Shown piece after piece: positions 1-12,318 of a stretch of 64,000 nt of DNA (position 1 is the first letter of the stretch; each line of letters starts with the position of its first letter). The notes beneath the pieces are model-generated. The model was not told the DNA's origin. It ran no database searches and worked only from the letters and a program-made list of their open reading frames with translations. Made by a program: the position numbers and the translations under genes. This stretch comes from Macrostomum lignano (lineage: Eukaryota): the NCBI GenBank assembly GCA_002269645.1, contig NIVC01000045.1, positions 434,001 to 498,000 of the forward strand. Direction: 5' to 3'.

Positions 1-72
1 TACGGGGTCTGCGTACTCTGAGTTAGTGAGGGCATGAAGCTTCTGCATGGGGAAAGAGAAATTTGCTCTGTA

Positions 73-170
73 CATGTTCCTCAGCCGAACATTTGTTGGG
101 CTGAGGAACAAATGTTCGGCTGAGGAACATTTGTTCGGCGACAACATTTGTTCGGCTGAGGAACATTTGT
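73..170. repeat. Short array of a ~19-bp unit (TTGTTCGGCTGAGGAACAT), four direct copies preceded by one inverted copy
   Basis: Read directly: ATGTTCCTCAGCCGAACAT followed by about four direct copies, one of them degenerate. Confidence 0.8.
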
Positions 171-901
171 AGCTGGCTCTGTAGCTGGTGCCCTAGAGGG
201 TAGTTTTACATTTTTCCCTTAGATAAACAGTTGCAAGCGGTTGATTTTAGATGTAAGCGCATTGTGTATGAATATATCTTAGTAGACATTAACAAGCTTG
301 GCAGAACTGTTCAGCGTGAGTTACTATAATAAGAACCCGGGGAGACAACTGGAAGCATTTTTATTGAGAATTCAGATTTTTTTCGGAGGATGAGCACCCT
401 GTGCTGATGATTTAAAGCCTTAGGGATCTGGTAGTACGTTGCGGATTAAATGTGGGGAGAAGAATGCAGATTATTTTCTGATTGTTTCGAATATGCTATG
501 GGTGGATGTCAGTGGATTATGTAGGACACCTGCTATGCTCTGATTCTGTCGTGTCGCTTCCTCATCGGCCGGCCGGTCTCGCGCGAATTGCTCGTAAAGC
601 GCCAGGCCACTTGCACTTCAGGCACCTGTGCACCAGGATAGTTTAAGGACTTATCTTGTATTTAGTCTACTTTGACCTACTATCGGTAGTATTTTTTAAG
701 TTTTATAAGTTTTATTATTAATAGTTTTATATTCTAAGGATTTTTTTCTTGTAAAATAGGCCACTGTTTTATTAAGGCCAATGAACGTTGATTGTAACAG
801 CAAACGCAGTGCCCGCGACACGGACTCACCTCCGATTGCGAACTCAAAAAGCCAATCACCGAGACTCAGCTGGTCCAAGCCGAAGATCCGAATCTAAGAC
901 C

Positions 902-3223
902 ATGCTGTCTCCATCAAACGCGCCGCTGCCCGAGACGCCTCCGCAAACCGGCGCATCCAAAGGTGAGCGGGCTGAGCCTTCGCCTCCCCCTAAAAGTGAC
1001 AGTTTAGAGGTTAGAAAAGAACATGGTAAAACAACTATAATACGAATTCCAATAGCTGACAAGACTGATGGGAAAACTGTCACATTGCCAAACAACAGCA
1101 ACATCTGCTACTACCCGGTTGCTTTTAAGAGCTCTGAAAATCAAATACTCAAAATACTAACTGACGAAATCCAGGCCAAAGCCTTTCACTATCTCACAAA
1201 TGGCCGTCCTGAAGCCCGCAAAATTGTATGGTTCGGGCCAGAATATAGCTACGGGGGAACTAAGATTCCGGCCAATGACGACTGGCACCCATTGGTTACT
1301 AGTCTTGCTACTTGGCTGAGTGCTGAGTTTGGTCTACCCGTCTTTAACTCATGCCTCGTAAATTATTACAAAGATGGGTCGGTGCACATTCCTTGGCACT
1401 CAGACGATGAAGACGAACTAGGGGCTAATCCGACCATAGCCTTTATCTCTATTGGTGCCGCACGTGACTTCCACTTACGAACCAAAGGTTCCACCAACAT
1501 CGCTTGGTCCCAAAAACTCGCAAGCGGTTCTCTGCTGGTAATGGGGGGTGCGACACAGGCCCACTTCCAGCACGCCGTCCTTAAGGACCTGAAAGTCAAA
1601 GAGGCAAGAGTAAATCTAACATTCAGGCTAACGTATGATAGCAGAATCCCACCTGAACCTGCTCCTGCTTCTGCTCTCGCTAACCCTTGCGTGCAGCCTC
1701 TTGACAACGATATCACCTGCGATCTGGACGACGAAAATTCGATTCGTCGCAGAGCAGAGCAAGAAGCCGAAAACCTGAAAAAGATCAGATCTCGATCGAA
1801 CAGCTGCACTTCGGGGCACAAATCAAGCACTCAGCAACCTCAAACAGCTAACCAGCACACTGGCACTCAGCAGTCAGCCACTCAGTCTAGCACTCAGAAA
1901 CATTCAACGAACACTCAGCAGGCACAGTCTGTCAATCAGCCATCAGGCACACAACAGTCAGCCACTCAGTCTTGCACTCAGCCGATGCACTCAGCAACTC
2001 AGCAACCACATGCAAACAATCAGCAGACACTTTCAGACACTCAGCAATCAGGCGACCACACTCAACCGCCTAACAACTACAAGCTGCCGGCTACTCAGCA
2101 ACCTAGCATTCACCAATCTAACCAATCTAGCCAACTAAACTCTACAACTCTAAACTACCATCCTAAAACTAATAATACTCAAAAATCAACTAACTCAGCA
2201 CCAATCATTTTTGAAATCGACCAAGAAGGCAAAGATCCCATCAAATTCGAATGGTTTCTGAAAACAAATTTCCCAGACGTTCGCATCAGGTCGGTTAAGG
2301 ACCTGTACCATAGCTCCGGCTACATCGTGACTCCAGATCACCCTAAGGACTTCAACACACTATTAACAGCTATTCTCAAAATAAATAAAATTAATAACCA
2401 CGAAGTCACACGACGCACAGCAGCCAAAAGGCCAATAAGACAAGGAGATGATCAGGTGCGTGCTCCACTAAAATCACCATCAACGTACTCGTTTATTGTA
2501 AAACATGTGCCAATCACCGTAGACGCACACGAGCTAGCCAAACACTTGGCAGACTCAGAGCAGCAGCTACCAATTGACGGCGCTGTGCGCATTGTCTCTA
2601 GGGCAACTGGTGCACCTACTCCGCACATCCGCCTCTTCACTAAGAGCAAGGGCACGATGGAAAGGTGCATCCAGCATGGAGTCTACCTTGGTTACAGCAA
2701 ATTTAAATGCGAAGAATCTATTAATTTAGCTCCGGTAAAAGCAATCCAATGTAAAAAATGTCAGAGATTAGGGCACCATGAAAACAGATGTACAGCAACC
2801 TACAGGTGTAAGAAATGTGCGGGAGATCACTATTCTGCAGACTGCCCGAAAGAAAGCAAATTTAAATGCGCAAACTGCGGCGAAGAACACCCAGCTTACT
2901 CATATAGATGTAGTAAAGTAAAAGAAGCAAACGAAATTGACACTAAAAAAGCTCACGCTAAAATCAGAGCACAAAACACAAACAAACTAACTCAAGATAT
3001 CTTTGGTAGTCAGTCCCTGGGGGAGGCATTTGGCGTCCCAGGTCCCCTCTCCTACGCCGATTCGGCGCGACCTGGACTTAGCAAGCTAACCCTCGGACAG
3101 ATTGCCTACTCGAACCGAGCTGCCGCCGCTGCCGCTGCTGCAAGCGTTGACCAATCCTCCGGCCAACCAGGAGACCTCAACGTTCTCAGCCAATCTGTCT
3201 TCGGTGACTGCAGCCGTGCCTGA
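902..3223 (+). CDS. ORF1p: AlkB-like dioxygenase + Q/S/T linker + Gag-like region with three CCHC knuckles (773 aa from ATG 902; may extend to 3488 across a frameshift)
   Basis: Open frame; knuckles CKKCQRLGHHENRC, CKKCAGDHYSADC, CANCGEEHPAYSYRC. The ORF-track start at 788 is a TTG. Confidence 0.9.
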   Translation: MLSPSNAPLPETPPQTGASKGERAEPSPPPKSDSLEVRKEHGKTTIIRIPIADKTDGKTVTLPNNSNICYYPVAFKSSENQILKILTDEIQAKAFHYLTNGRPEARKIVWFGPEYSYGGTKIPANDDWHPLVTSLATWLSAEFGLPVFNSCLVNYYKDGSVHIPWHSDDEDELGANPTIAFISIGAARDFHLRTKGSTNIAWSQKLASGSLLVMGGATQAHFQHAVLKDLKVKEARVNLTFRLTYDSRIPPEPAPASALANPCVQPLDNDITCDLDDENSIRRRAEQEAENLKKIRSRSNSCTSGHKSSTQQPQTANQHTGTQQSATQSSTQKHSTNTQQAQSVNQPSGTQQSATQSCTQPMHSATQQPHANNQQTLSDTQQSGDHTQPPNNYKLPATQQPSIHQSNQSSQLNSTTLNYHPKTNNTQKSTNSAPIIFEIDQEGKDPIKFEWFLKTNFPDVRIRSVKDLYHSSGYIVTPDHPKDFNTLLTAILKINKINNHEVTRRTAAKRPIRQGDDQVRAPLKSPSTYSFIVKHVPITVDAHELAKHLADSEQQLPIDGAVRIVSRATGAPTPHIRLFTKSKGTMERCIQHGVYLGYSKFKCEESINLAPVKAIQCKKCQRLGHHENRCTATYRCKKCAGDHYSADCPKESKFKCANCGEEHPAYSYRCSKVKEANEIDTKKAHAKIRAQNTNKLTQDIFGSQSLGEAFGVPGPLSYADSARPGLSKLTLGQIAYSNRAAAAAAAASVDQSSGQPGDLNVLSQSVFGDCSRA
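1090..1630 (+). other. ALKBH2/3-type 2OG-Fe(II) dioxygenase domain inside ORF1 of copy A
   Basis: KIVWFGPEYSYGG...FNSCLVNYY...WHSDDE..LG..PTIAFISIGAAR.F...GSLLVMGGATQ..FQH...RVNLTFR: HxD, distal H and R-x5-R all present. Confidence 0.93.
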
Positions 3224-3544
3224 ATCTGCCTCTCAGTCTGCACCCAATCAAGAAGCTGACGCCGCCCCATCTGCCAAACGTTTAAGTGAGAGGGGCCTGA
3301 TCTCCCGGATGGGGGTGCTCGAGGTGGTACTTCGGGCCCTCACCCGACTCATGGGTGCCAACCCGGGACAGATGCTTACCGAATGGGAAGGCCTGTTTCT
3401 GGGGCAGGAGACACCGAAGCCGCGCAAGCGAGCGGAGGTGGAACCTGAACCCGTTCATCAAGCTGTTGATCGTAAATCTGTCTGTTAACATTCAAAACTC
3501 CCCTTAATTTTTCTCAAACTAATGGGCACGCTGATCAGTCTGTT

Positions 3545-6329
3545 GTGCGGGATTCTCTAAACATAGGGCACCTTTATTGCAATGGATTAAGTAACAAAAT
3601 TTATGAGATCTCTTCCTGGGTCAGCAAGCAAGACCTAGACATAGGACTGTTCTCTGAAACCTGCCTAAAGGAAAACAATAAATTCTACTTAACTGATTAT
3701 GCCACACTCCGGCTTGATGTTCCCAACTGTAGAAGAGGACTTGCGGTTGTCTATAAAAATCATTTAGAAATTATGAATGTTGAAAATTTTTTTGACAACT
3801 GCAACCACGAACTTATCAGTTTTGAAGTTCATCTTAAAAATAACAAACTTAAACAGTTTAATGTGGTCCTCTTCTACAGGAACCAAACTCCAACTCGGCT
3901 GAACACCCAACTTCTTGACCATCTATTCTCTAAACCCTCGACCTTAGTTATCGGGGACTTTAACTGCAATCACCCAGCCCTTGGGGGTGACTCCCAACTC
4001 AACTATCCAGGCAAGCAGCTGTTTGATTGGCTTGATTCTAATCCAAACCCACCAACCATTCTTAACGATTATGGGGACTGCACCAGAGTCAGCTACCGCA
4101 GCGGCTCAGTCCTTAGGAACGTGCTTGATTTAGGAATCTGTTCCCCGGAGCTTATTAAACATACCAGCAATGTTATTGTGGGAGAAGATCTAAATAGCGC
4201 CCACCTTCCCATTATCATAAAAATTTATTTAGATCCTAACTGTAAGCAGAGCAAAAAACCCTCTAAAAGCTTTTGGAACACTGACTGGGAAACCTTTAAA
4301 GGGACCCTTCAGGATAAACTTAGCAACCAACAGCTTCTCAGTAGTAGATTTTCCACCCCTGAGGACCTAGATAAAGCGGTTGATCTGCTAAATCAGTGCA
4401 TTCACGACACCATTGAGGATGTTGTTCCCAACCGGGACCCTAGGGAGCAGCTTCCCCCAGATATTGTTAACAAAATTAAGCATAGGAGGAAACTTAGAAA
4501 TTTATTAAAAAACTAAAATCGACGACTTCAGGGTTCAAGCCAATCAAGCAGCTAAAGAAATTCGAAATGCTATACGTATGCATAGATATAGAAAATTCGA
4601 AGATCTATGCCACAAAATTGCTAAAACTAGTTATAAAAAAGAACCCAAAAAATTTTGGATTGACATCAAAAAGATGACAGGAGAAAGGTCCAAAATGATC
4701 AACTATCCCCTTCTAGTTTACAAGGATTCGCATGCCGAGACTGAGGCAGAAAAAGCTTCACTCTTCAGCGACTTTCTAAAAGATCAAATGCAATCTCACC
4801 CCAACCAAGACTCGCTAATCTATGAAAAAGTCAGTAAGTACAAAGATCATGAGATCTTCAAACCCCATAATAATATAATAGCGGCACTTTCATACCACAA
4901 AGAGCACGCGAACCCAGATGATCCAGATAAAGAAGATATCGAAAGCGATATCCTTAACATTACTGACCAGGACGTGCTCTGGGAGAGTAGAAAACTTAGG
5001 TCAGGAGGAGCTCCCGGTCCGGATAGAATTCCTAATATGGTTTTGAAATATGGTCTCAGCCCAGACTCCATCAGAGTGCTTGCAAAAATTTACAACTCTA
5101 GTTTTCTCATAGGATACTTCCCCAAACAATGGAAAAAGGCCATTATTAAGATGATCCCTAAACCAAACAAATCCAAAAATCTCGTGGAAAGCTATAGACC
5201 CATCAGCCTAACCTCCTGTGTTGGCAAACTTTATGAGAAGATTCTAGCTAGAAGCCTTAGAATTATCTTAGAAAACCTAGGAATTATTAATGAGGAACAA
5301 TGTGCCTACAAATTCGACCACTGCACATATGACAATATAGTAAGACTCACCGACGATGTGCTGAAAATGCTTCAGTTGAGGCAGTACACGTTGGGGGTCT
5401 TCTTTGATGTCAAATGAGCCTTTGATGGAGTCTGGCTGGACTACCTTAAATATAAAATCTGGAAAAGTAAAATCCCGCACAATATGACACGAATTATAGC
5501 AAATTATCTGGACGACAGATCTGTGGAGCTGGTGGTTGGTGGAGCTCGGGGCGAGGTCTTTCAGCCAACGGCGGGTGTCCCGCAGGGTGGGGTGCTCTCG
5601 CCCCTGCTCTTTATCATCTTCGCCAGCTCTATACCCAAGCCTACTGACAGCAAGGTCCGCTTTAGTCAATTTGCCGACGACTTAGCAGTATGGGCCTCTG
5701 CCAGAAAATCCACTATGTCCGCTAAAAGGCTTAACTCCTACTTCATTGTCCTCAAAAAGTGGCTTGACAATTTGGGCATAGTCATCAATCCCTCCAAAAG
5801 TAAAGCCATTTCATTTTTCAAAGCTAATGGGAACAAAACAGGTCCAGACGATCCTCCAATTAAACTTGGACAAGACAAAATCAAGTACTATGATTCCGTC
5901 ACCTTCCTAGGGATGGTTCTTGACAAACAGCTTAACTTTAGGGCCCATATCGACAAGGTAGCTGGGTCTTCGACTGCCAAAATGGCTGCACTAGCTAGGA
6001 TAGCTAAAAACTCCAGGATTTCGCAACTGGCTCTTCGCCTCATCTATAGATCTTACATTGAGAGCACAATGACTTACGGCGCTCCAGTGCTCATCAATCT
6101 ACTGGCATCCCTTGTCAACAAGTTACAAATTCTGCAGAATAAGGCTCTTCGCCTCTCTATAGATGCTCCGCCTTATACTAAAATCACATACTTACACCAG
6201 GTCACAAAGATGCCTATGGTTAAGGATCGACTCCTCTATCTTGCTAAAAATGGTACAAAAAAGCCCTGGAGAGTGAAATCCATGGGTTCAAAAATGACAC
6301 AAAAGAATAGGCCAGAGACCTGGGTTTAG
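3545..6329 (+). pseudogene. ORF2 of copy A: APE endonuclease + reverse transcriptase, disrupted
   Basis: APE motifs LFSET, VIGDFN, SAHLPI; RT motifs YRPISLTS, GVPQGGVLSP, FADDL. Frameshift near 4510, in-frame TGA at 5415, probable frameshift near 6245. Confidence 0.93.
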
Positions 6330-6793
6330 GGTCCCCTTTACAACTAAACTCAGACAGATTACGCAAATGTGATTCAATTTATAACTCGAACACCTCTGTC
6401 CGGGGTCGGGAATACTTACGATTCTATGTAATGCTGTGCTAATCACTTGACATTCTAAGTACAGTACCAATCACACTCTGTTTTACACGTTTACACCCTC
6501 TCACAGTATTATCTTTTAGAATCGTAAGTACTGCTTTGTGATTCACTGTACATATTTACACCCCAATATTTGTTTTAGTTTTGTCAATCATATTTATTTA
6601 TATTTATTTGTTTTACTCAATACTTAAACCTTGCTTTAAATTGACTCTATATTGATTAATTGTACTCTATTATTTGTTTTAAGTTTTTAAACGGCATTAT
6701 TGTATTATTTATTAGAAAATATTTGTTTTATTTCTCCAACTCGAACAAAATACTAAATGTATCACTCAAACTTGACACCAAAAATAAATTAGT

Positions 6794-6825
6794 TGCGTAA
6801 GAGCCCTCCCCAGGGCTGATGCGCA
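6794..6825 (+). other. Conserved 3'-terminal stem-loop of the LINE family (copy A)
   Basis: TGCG-TAAG-AGCCCT-cccc-AGGGCT-GATG-CGCA; homologs at 14200, 20804 and 12358 (minus strand). Confidence 0.75.
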
Positions 6826-7619
6826 GGGCCCCTTGATAGCCCCAACTTACCAAATGAAATGAAAAAGCCTATCTGGTTTTGTCTCGCAAGCTTTATTTAC
6901 TTTCTCTAAAATAAATAAATTTAACTTTACACTATTTAGATATGAAAATCTAAATTTATTATTTCTAAGGCTCCTAGGTAATTCTAAAATTATAATTTAA
7001 TTCTCATTAGCTGCAGCTCTGCTAGATCTCTCTTTTGAGTCCAGACTCAGCTCAAAACTCTAAATATTAACTGAGCTAATTAAATTGTAAAATTTACATT
7101 AATTAAATTGGCTAAAATTTAAATTTTAAATTTGCAGCAAACCCCTGCTCAAATTTTTCTAAATCTTTATAAACTTTCCCTAGGCCACCAAAGCTTTCTT
7201 CTAAAGTAGCTGAGTGGTCCTAGTTTAATCTCTAAATAACCGAAATTAATACAGAAAAAAGCCAAAAATCCAAAAAATTAAATTGTAAATTTAAATACAA
7301 TACTGCTTATTGTAATCAATATATTTACTTATAAAATACTGTAATACAATTATATTATTTATCAATTAGTTGCTGAGCAGCTTTCCTGCCTTCTTCTTTA
7401 ATTAACTTGCATTAATAGGCATTAGGTATTTTTCCTTTCCTTCTTCTCCGGAGACCGTCTGCGCGCGCGCAAAAATTCCTCTACAAGGCAAAGAATATCC
7501 AATATTGAAAAGGTCTGCGACTCTGACTGCTCATCACTCTGCTCTCCCCCAGTTCTAATCTTTGTGAAAAGAGCTGCTAGTTTTAGTTTTATTTTATAGT
7601 CAGCATTTATATTAGCAGA

Positions 7620-10600
7620 AATGAGCAAACAAGTCCCGCCTACCAAATTGCCAAACCTTCCGGCCTTCCTGCGGCCAAGCGAGTCGACAATCGATCATCG
7701 GTCGGCAAGATGGAGGCCTTTGGCCGAAATCTGCTAGGCCTAGGCAAAAAATCAGTACGGCCGCCCGACGGTCCTTCTGGCGCCGCAATTACCTCTGGTG
7801 CTACTGGTGTAGTCAGTAAGGAGCCCAAACAGCAACAGGGCCTCCAAGAGCAGTGCCGACAGCATCCCGCTTGATGCTCCGTATAGCTTAGCAGCCCTTA
7901 GCTGCCCGGCAGGCATGGACTGTGCACCAGCACCGCCATCTGATACGCCACCATCTCCCAGGGAAAAGGCAAATGTAGCAACGCCGGCTTCAATGCCGAA
8001 TCCAGCCGAAGTACCTGCAGAGCAACCAAGCTGTATCAATGCGTCCACAATTCCAAAGTCTCCGGTCCTCGCTATCACGGCAGAGCAGCACAGGTCACCG
8101 GGCAGTGCCATATCGAATACGTCGGACAGCGGCTCTGCGACTGTACTGGAAGGAGCTGGCCAAGCCGGCTCCGAAGACCCCAATGCAGCCGCATCCGTCC
8201 CAGCATCTGAAGCCTCTGGCGAGGACGATTCGGTACGTGCTGAAAACGTCGACCTTGATGCTGAAGATAACGACGCGCCCTATGTTGATCCGAATAGCTC
8301 GAACAGTCGCGACGCTGTGGAAAATGAAGTCGATGAGGACAACGCCAAGTATCTCCGCAATCCCATCGGCTTCCCTATTCACCCGGACCGCACCGGTGAA
8401 AATATCCAGCGCTACGGCGACGTTGTGCTAGAATACTATCCTAAGCTTATTGAGTCAGTCTCCAAGCAGCTATACGACTGCCTCATTGCCGATCTCTTGC
8501 CAAAGGCGATCAGGCACCGGCCTCATGAGCAGCGTAAAGTTGTGTGGTTCGGCCCAGGATATTCGTACTCGGGCGCACCTCTAGAACCAAATGAAAAATG
8601 GCATCCGGCTGTCAAGGATCTGAGGGATTTGTAGTGTGAGCATCTTTTGCGATAGCCTTGTATTCTATTAGTTAGGTTTTGCATTATTGTTATTGAATTG
8701 TTATTTTGCTTTAGTTTAGTCATACGTTTTTGGTGTACTTTTTCCTTGTTAGTTAGAATCAATTTTGCGTAAACAGGTTAGAAGTCAGACGCCATTTGTG
8801 ACTCAGCGGAGGGTTGAGTTCTCTGCGAACCCCAGCTTTGCGCGGCCAGCCAATCAGAACCGGCCTGGACCCTGGCACGCGGCAAGTTTCAATTCTACCC
8901 GGCGCCGCGGGCACAGTGCAAATCGGCTTAGCGGGCGGCCGGCCAGACGACCACCACCCGGCTTGAGGGGGGTTTTGAGGGGTTGTGACTCTGACTATAT
9001 ATGAAAGTGTGTTTGGCAATCGGAAAATGAAACTTTTCCCCTTCTTTTCCCCCGGTTTTGTTTTGTCCAGCTTCCCGGCCGGTGGCCTGTTTCCCTTTGG
9101 TTCGCGCTTTGAAGCGTTTTGATTTCGTCACCCCGGTCCATACTTTGTTCCCCGCCCAACCGCTTCAGTCTTGTAGCGTAACGTCTACGGCAAATTCCTG
9201 TCTGAAGTCGTCGCTATCAAGCGCGGGTTAGATAGAGACTGTCGGATCTGATCAAGTACGCGGCCTCGACCCCGAGGGCCTCAGTGTCACACTGAAGGGC
9301 AGTGCCGATAGAATTTAGTCGGTACTCCGTTGAACGGTCGGTTCGGCAGGGCTCTCGTTTGAGTGTAGGTTCTGGCTTAGGCCAGGGGTTAGGAGTCTTT
9401 CTCCGTGGTCCTGTGTTCGGTGCCTCCTTCTTCTTCTTCTCAGCTGAGATCCGCTTGTCAGTGCGTAATATAATCATTATTATTAATCGTTATTATTCGT
9501 TATCATCAGTCTAATTATCTGCGCCGCGAATTGCTTGAATCCTGTAGCTTGAATAATCAAATTAAATCGTCTAGCCAATTATCAGTTTGTATCACATAGG
9601 ATTATCACTCTCTAAATCTTTTGGTTCGTGTTCCCTCGTGTTCTTTCTTTTCCTGTACTGTACCTGCGGCTATTGGAGAAGACTGGTAGAACTCGCCGAC
9701 CGGCGATAGGCAATTAGGGCCAACAGCTTTAAAATCTCTGACGCTCCAAGTAGGTTTGTCTAGGGCCTAAATAATTGCTTATCGTGCATTCAATATATTT
9801 ATATTGTATTTATCACAGATTTCTTAGAATTCAATACAGATCTCGGCATGCCCAAATTCAATTCATGCCTAATAAATTTTACAAGAGCGCCGACGACCAG
9901 ATTCCGTACCACGCGGACAATGAACCCGAGCTCGGCACCGACCCGTACATCGCTACGGTGTCGCTTGGTGCGGTGCGAAATTTCCTGGTAAGGCGAAATA
10001 ATGACCAAAGAATAATCGGGCGCTTTCGTACCGAGACAGGCTCTGTCATAGTCATGGCAGGCGGATGCCAGCGCCGATGCCAGCACAGCGTCCCGGCTGT
10101 GGGCATGCAGGAAGGAGTCCGCATATTGCTCACTTTTCGAGTAACTGAACCTCCTTGCACAGCCGCACTGGGGCGCGGAGGCCCAACAAGAGCAGCAGCG
10201 GCACTCGCCGGAGATGGGCCTGGCAGTGGCCGGGCGGGCACCAGCCTGGCTGCGCCGGGCTCCCGGACAGCAGCGAATGGGCAACCAGGAGATCGCGGAG
10301 CGGCCGGCGCGTCCGGCTCTGCGGTCCCAGGCGGCCCTCGAGCCCAGGGCAACGGCGGCGGCAACGTCGGCGGTGCGGGGCGGCGGTCGTCGTTCCTACG
10401 CTGAAATGGCGGCAAATAACCAGGATGTATCACGGCCTCCTAATAGGGGAAACAACAGCAACGTGGTACCCGTGGTGTTTAATACTGCGGCGGAAACTAG
10501 CCAAATAGATTTTCTAAAGTGGCTCGCGGCCAACTTCCAAGGTTCGGCCCGGGCCACACTCACCAAGAAATTGACCCACGAAGTCGGCTTCCTAGTCTTC

Positions 10601-11104
10601 CCGGCCACTCCACGAGACCACCAACTGTTTCTGCGTGGGCCTCTGCGTGAGCCCCAGTTCGCTGGGGGGCCGGTGACGAGGCGTCTACCAAAGGCTCGAC
10701 CGGACCCAAGAGCTAGGCCTGCTGCGCCACAGCGACCAATGACCCGAGCGGTCCACTTGTTCGTGGTGCGCGGCGTGCCTCCGGAGGTCGAGGCCAGCGA
10801 CTTCAAGCGGCACCTACAAGAGAGTGCAGGTCTAAATATAATTTCAGCTAGCCGCATAACTGCTAAGCGAGACAATAAGCCTACGTACTTGGTTCGCGTG
10901 TTTGTCTGCAACAAGCAGATTGTTGACGCCTGCCTAGCAACAGGAATTGTTACGGACTTCATGACCTACCAGTGCAAACCAAACAAGATTGCAGCTCCGG
11001 CACGAGCACCGCAGTGTCAAAACTGCCAGCGTTTCGGCCATCACGCCAAGCGGTGAAAAGCGGCCAAGCTTTGCAGGATCTGCGCGGCCGAGCACCACTG
11101 GCGT
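7620..11104 (+). pseudogene. ORF1 of copy B (AlkB + Gag-like), interrupted by a solo LTR and truncated in the second zinc knuckle
   Basis: KVVWFGPGYSYSG..WHP to 8629, resuming DFLEFNTDLGMPKFNSC..YHADNE..CQH..RILLTFR at 9818-10145; RSYAEMAAN; CQNCQRFGHHAKR*; stops and frameshifts. Confidence 0.88.
8630..9817 (+). mobile_element. Solo LTR, 1188 bp, TG...CA termini, 4-bp TSD GATT
   Basis: GATT at 8626-8629 and 9818-9821; removing it restores LRDFLEFNTDLGMPKFNSC in frame; internal CCAAT, GC boxes and TATATA near 8996. Confidence 0.85.
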
Positions 11105-11163
11105 GACTCACTAACTAACTACCTAATATAACTAACTAACTACCTAACTAAATAAGTAACTCC

Positions 11164-12318
11164 TCGGCCAGCACAACCAAATCTTAAGCGAAGCCAATTT
11201 GCCGATGATATGGCCATTTGGGCCTCGGCGGACTCCTTTGCTGGCCTCAAGACACTCCTGCAACCCTACCTTGACCGCGTGTGGAAATGGTGTGGGGGCA
11301 GGGGATTAAGATCAACGCCAGCAAGAGTCAGGTTATCGCATTCAATTATAAGCCAACTCAGCGGCTCGATCTTCGCCCCAAGCTGAAACTTGGTGGCTCG
11401 AGTCTTGAATACCAAGAAGAGGTCCGGTTCCTTGGTATGAACCTGGACTACAGGCTGACCCTTAACTCGCATGTTGAAAGAGTAGTCAGTCATGGCCGGG
11501 CGCTTGCTCTGTCCATTAACCGCATTGCTAAGCTGACCCGGATAAGCAGCAATACCCTTAAAATGCTATATAGGGCTTATGTTGAGAGTGCGCTGACTTA
11601 CGGTGCCCCGGTGCTAAACATCATAGCACCCAGTAATCTCAATAAGCTCCAGAAAATCCAAAACTTAGCTCTTAGGATCTGCTATGGTGCCCCTAGTTAC
11701 ACTCAGGTAGCCTACCTGCATGAGCTGGCAGCCATGCCCATGATGACAGACAGGATTCGTGCCCTGGGCGTAAGCTGGCTTTCCAAGGTGAAGGCTGCTG
11801 GGCACCACGATTTCCTCATTGAGCCGGAACTCTCTAGAGCTGCCCGCAATCGCCCCCCCAGTGCTGAACCTGCTATGGGACAGCCTGAAGAGGAGACAAG
11901 CAAATAGACAAGCTGCTGCAAATGCGGCGGCCCGTGCGGCCCAAAACCCGCCCTAGATCTACTAGGTCAGCTGCCCCAAAAACTTAGAGTGCCCCCAAGA
12001 CAGTAAATTCCCTTCTCTTTTACTCTGGACTAAGCCGTCTGTCAATGCACAAACAAAAGAACTAATATAAACAATAGGCGTGAATGGTAGCGGCAAGTGC
12101 TGGACCAGGCGGGTGGGCCTACGACCCAGTAACCATACAGTAAGAACAGCTTTGCCTACCTGTTAGTAGTGCTGGTGATACTGTGATCCGCTGTAGACCT
12201 CTTCCTGATTCCGCCTCTCTTTACCTTTTTACAATCCAATTATTTTAAACTGCAAATGCTCCTTTTACACCTGGCTTTTGCCTTGTTTATATTTTACTCT
12301 TATTTTTATCCTAACCCA
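11164..12318 (+). mobile_element. 5'-truncated LINE fragment (RT C-terminus to 11907 plus partial 3' UTR)
   Basis: QFADDMAIWAS, KINASKSQVI, YRAYVESALTYGAPV align with copy A ORF2; flanked by a 39-bp direct repeat at 11125-11163 and 12319-12357. Confidence 0.85.

Larger units (their letters stand above)
541..6865 (+). mobile_element. Non-LTR retrotransposon copy A (Jockey/I group), near full length, with AlkB-bearing ORF1
   Basis: ORF1 with three zinc knuckles, ORF2 APE-RT, AT-rich 3' UTR, terminal stem-loop and AAATGAAATGAAAAA tail. The 5' boundary is approximate. Confidence 0.9.

Noticed and set aside
73-170. CRISPR-like array
   Set aside because: Units are directly adjacent with no spacers, in a eukaryotic context
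395-440. CTGATGA at ~401 as a hammerhead ribozyme core
   Set aside because: No stem II followed by GAAA. By eye I also found no convincing hammerhead, HDV or twister core in the GC-rich UTRs; an Infernal scan would be needed to exclude them
9790-9821. Spliceosomal intron in the AlkB domain of copy B
   Set aside because: No GT donor at the frame-restoring position; TG...CA ends with a 4-bp TSD explain it better as a solo LTR
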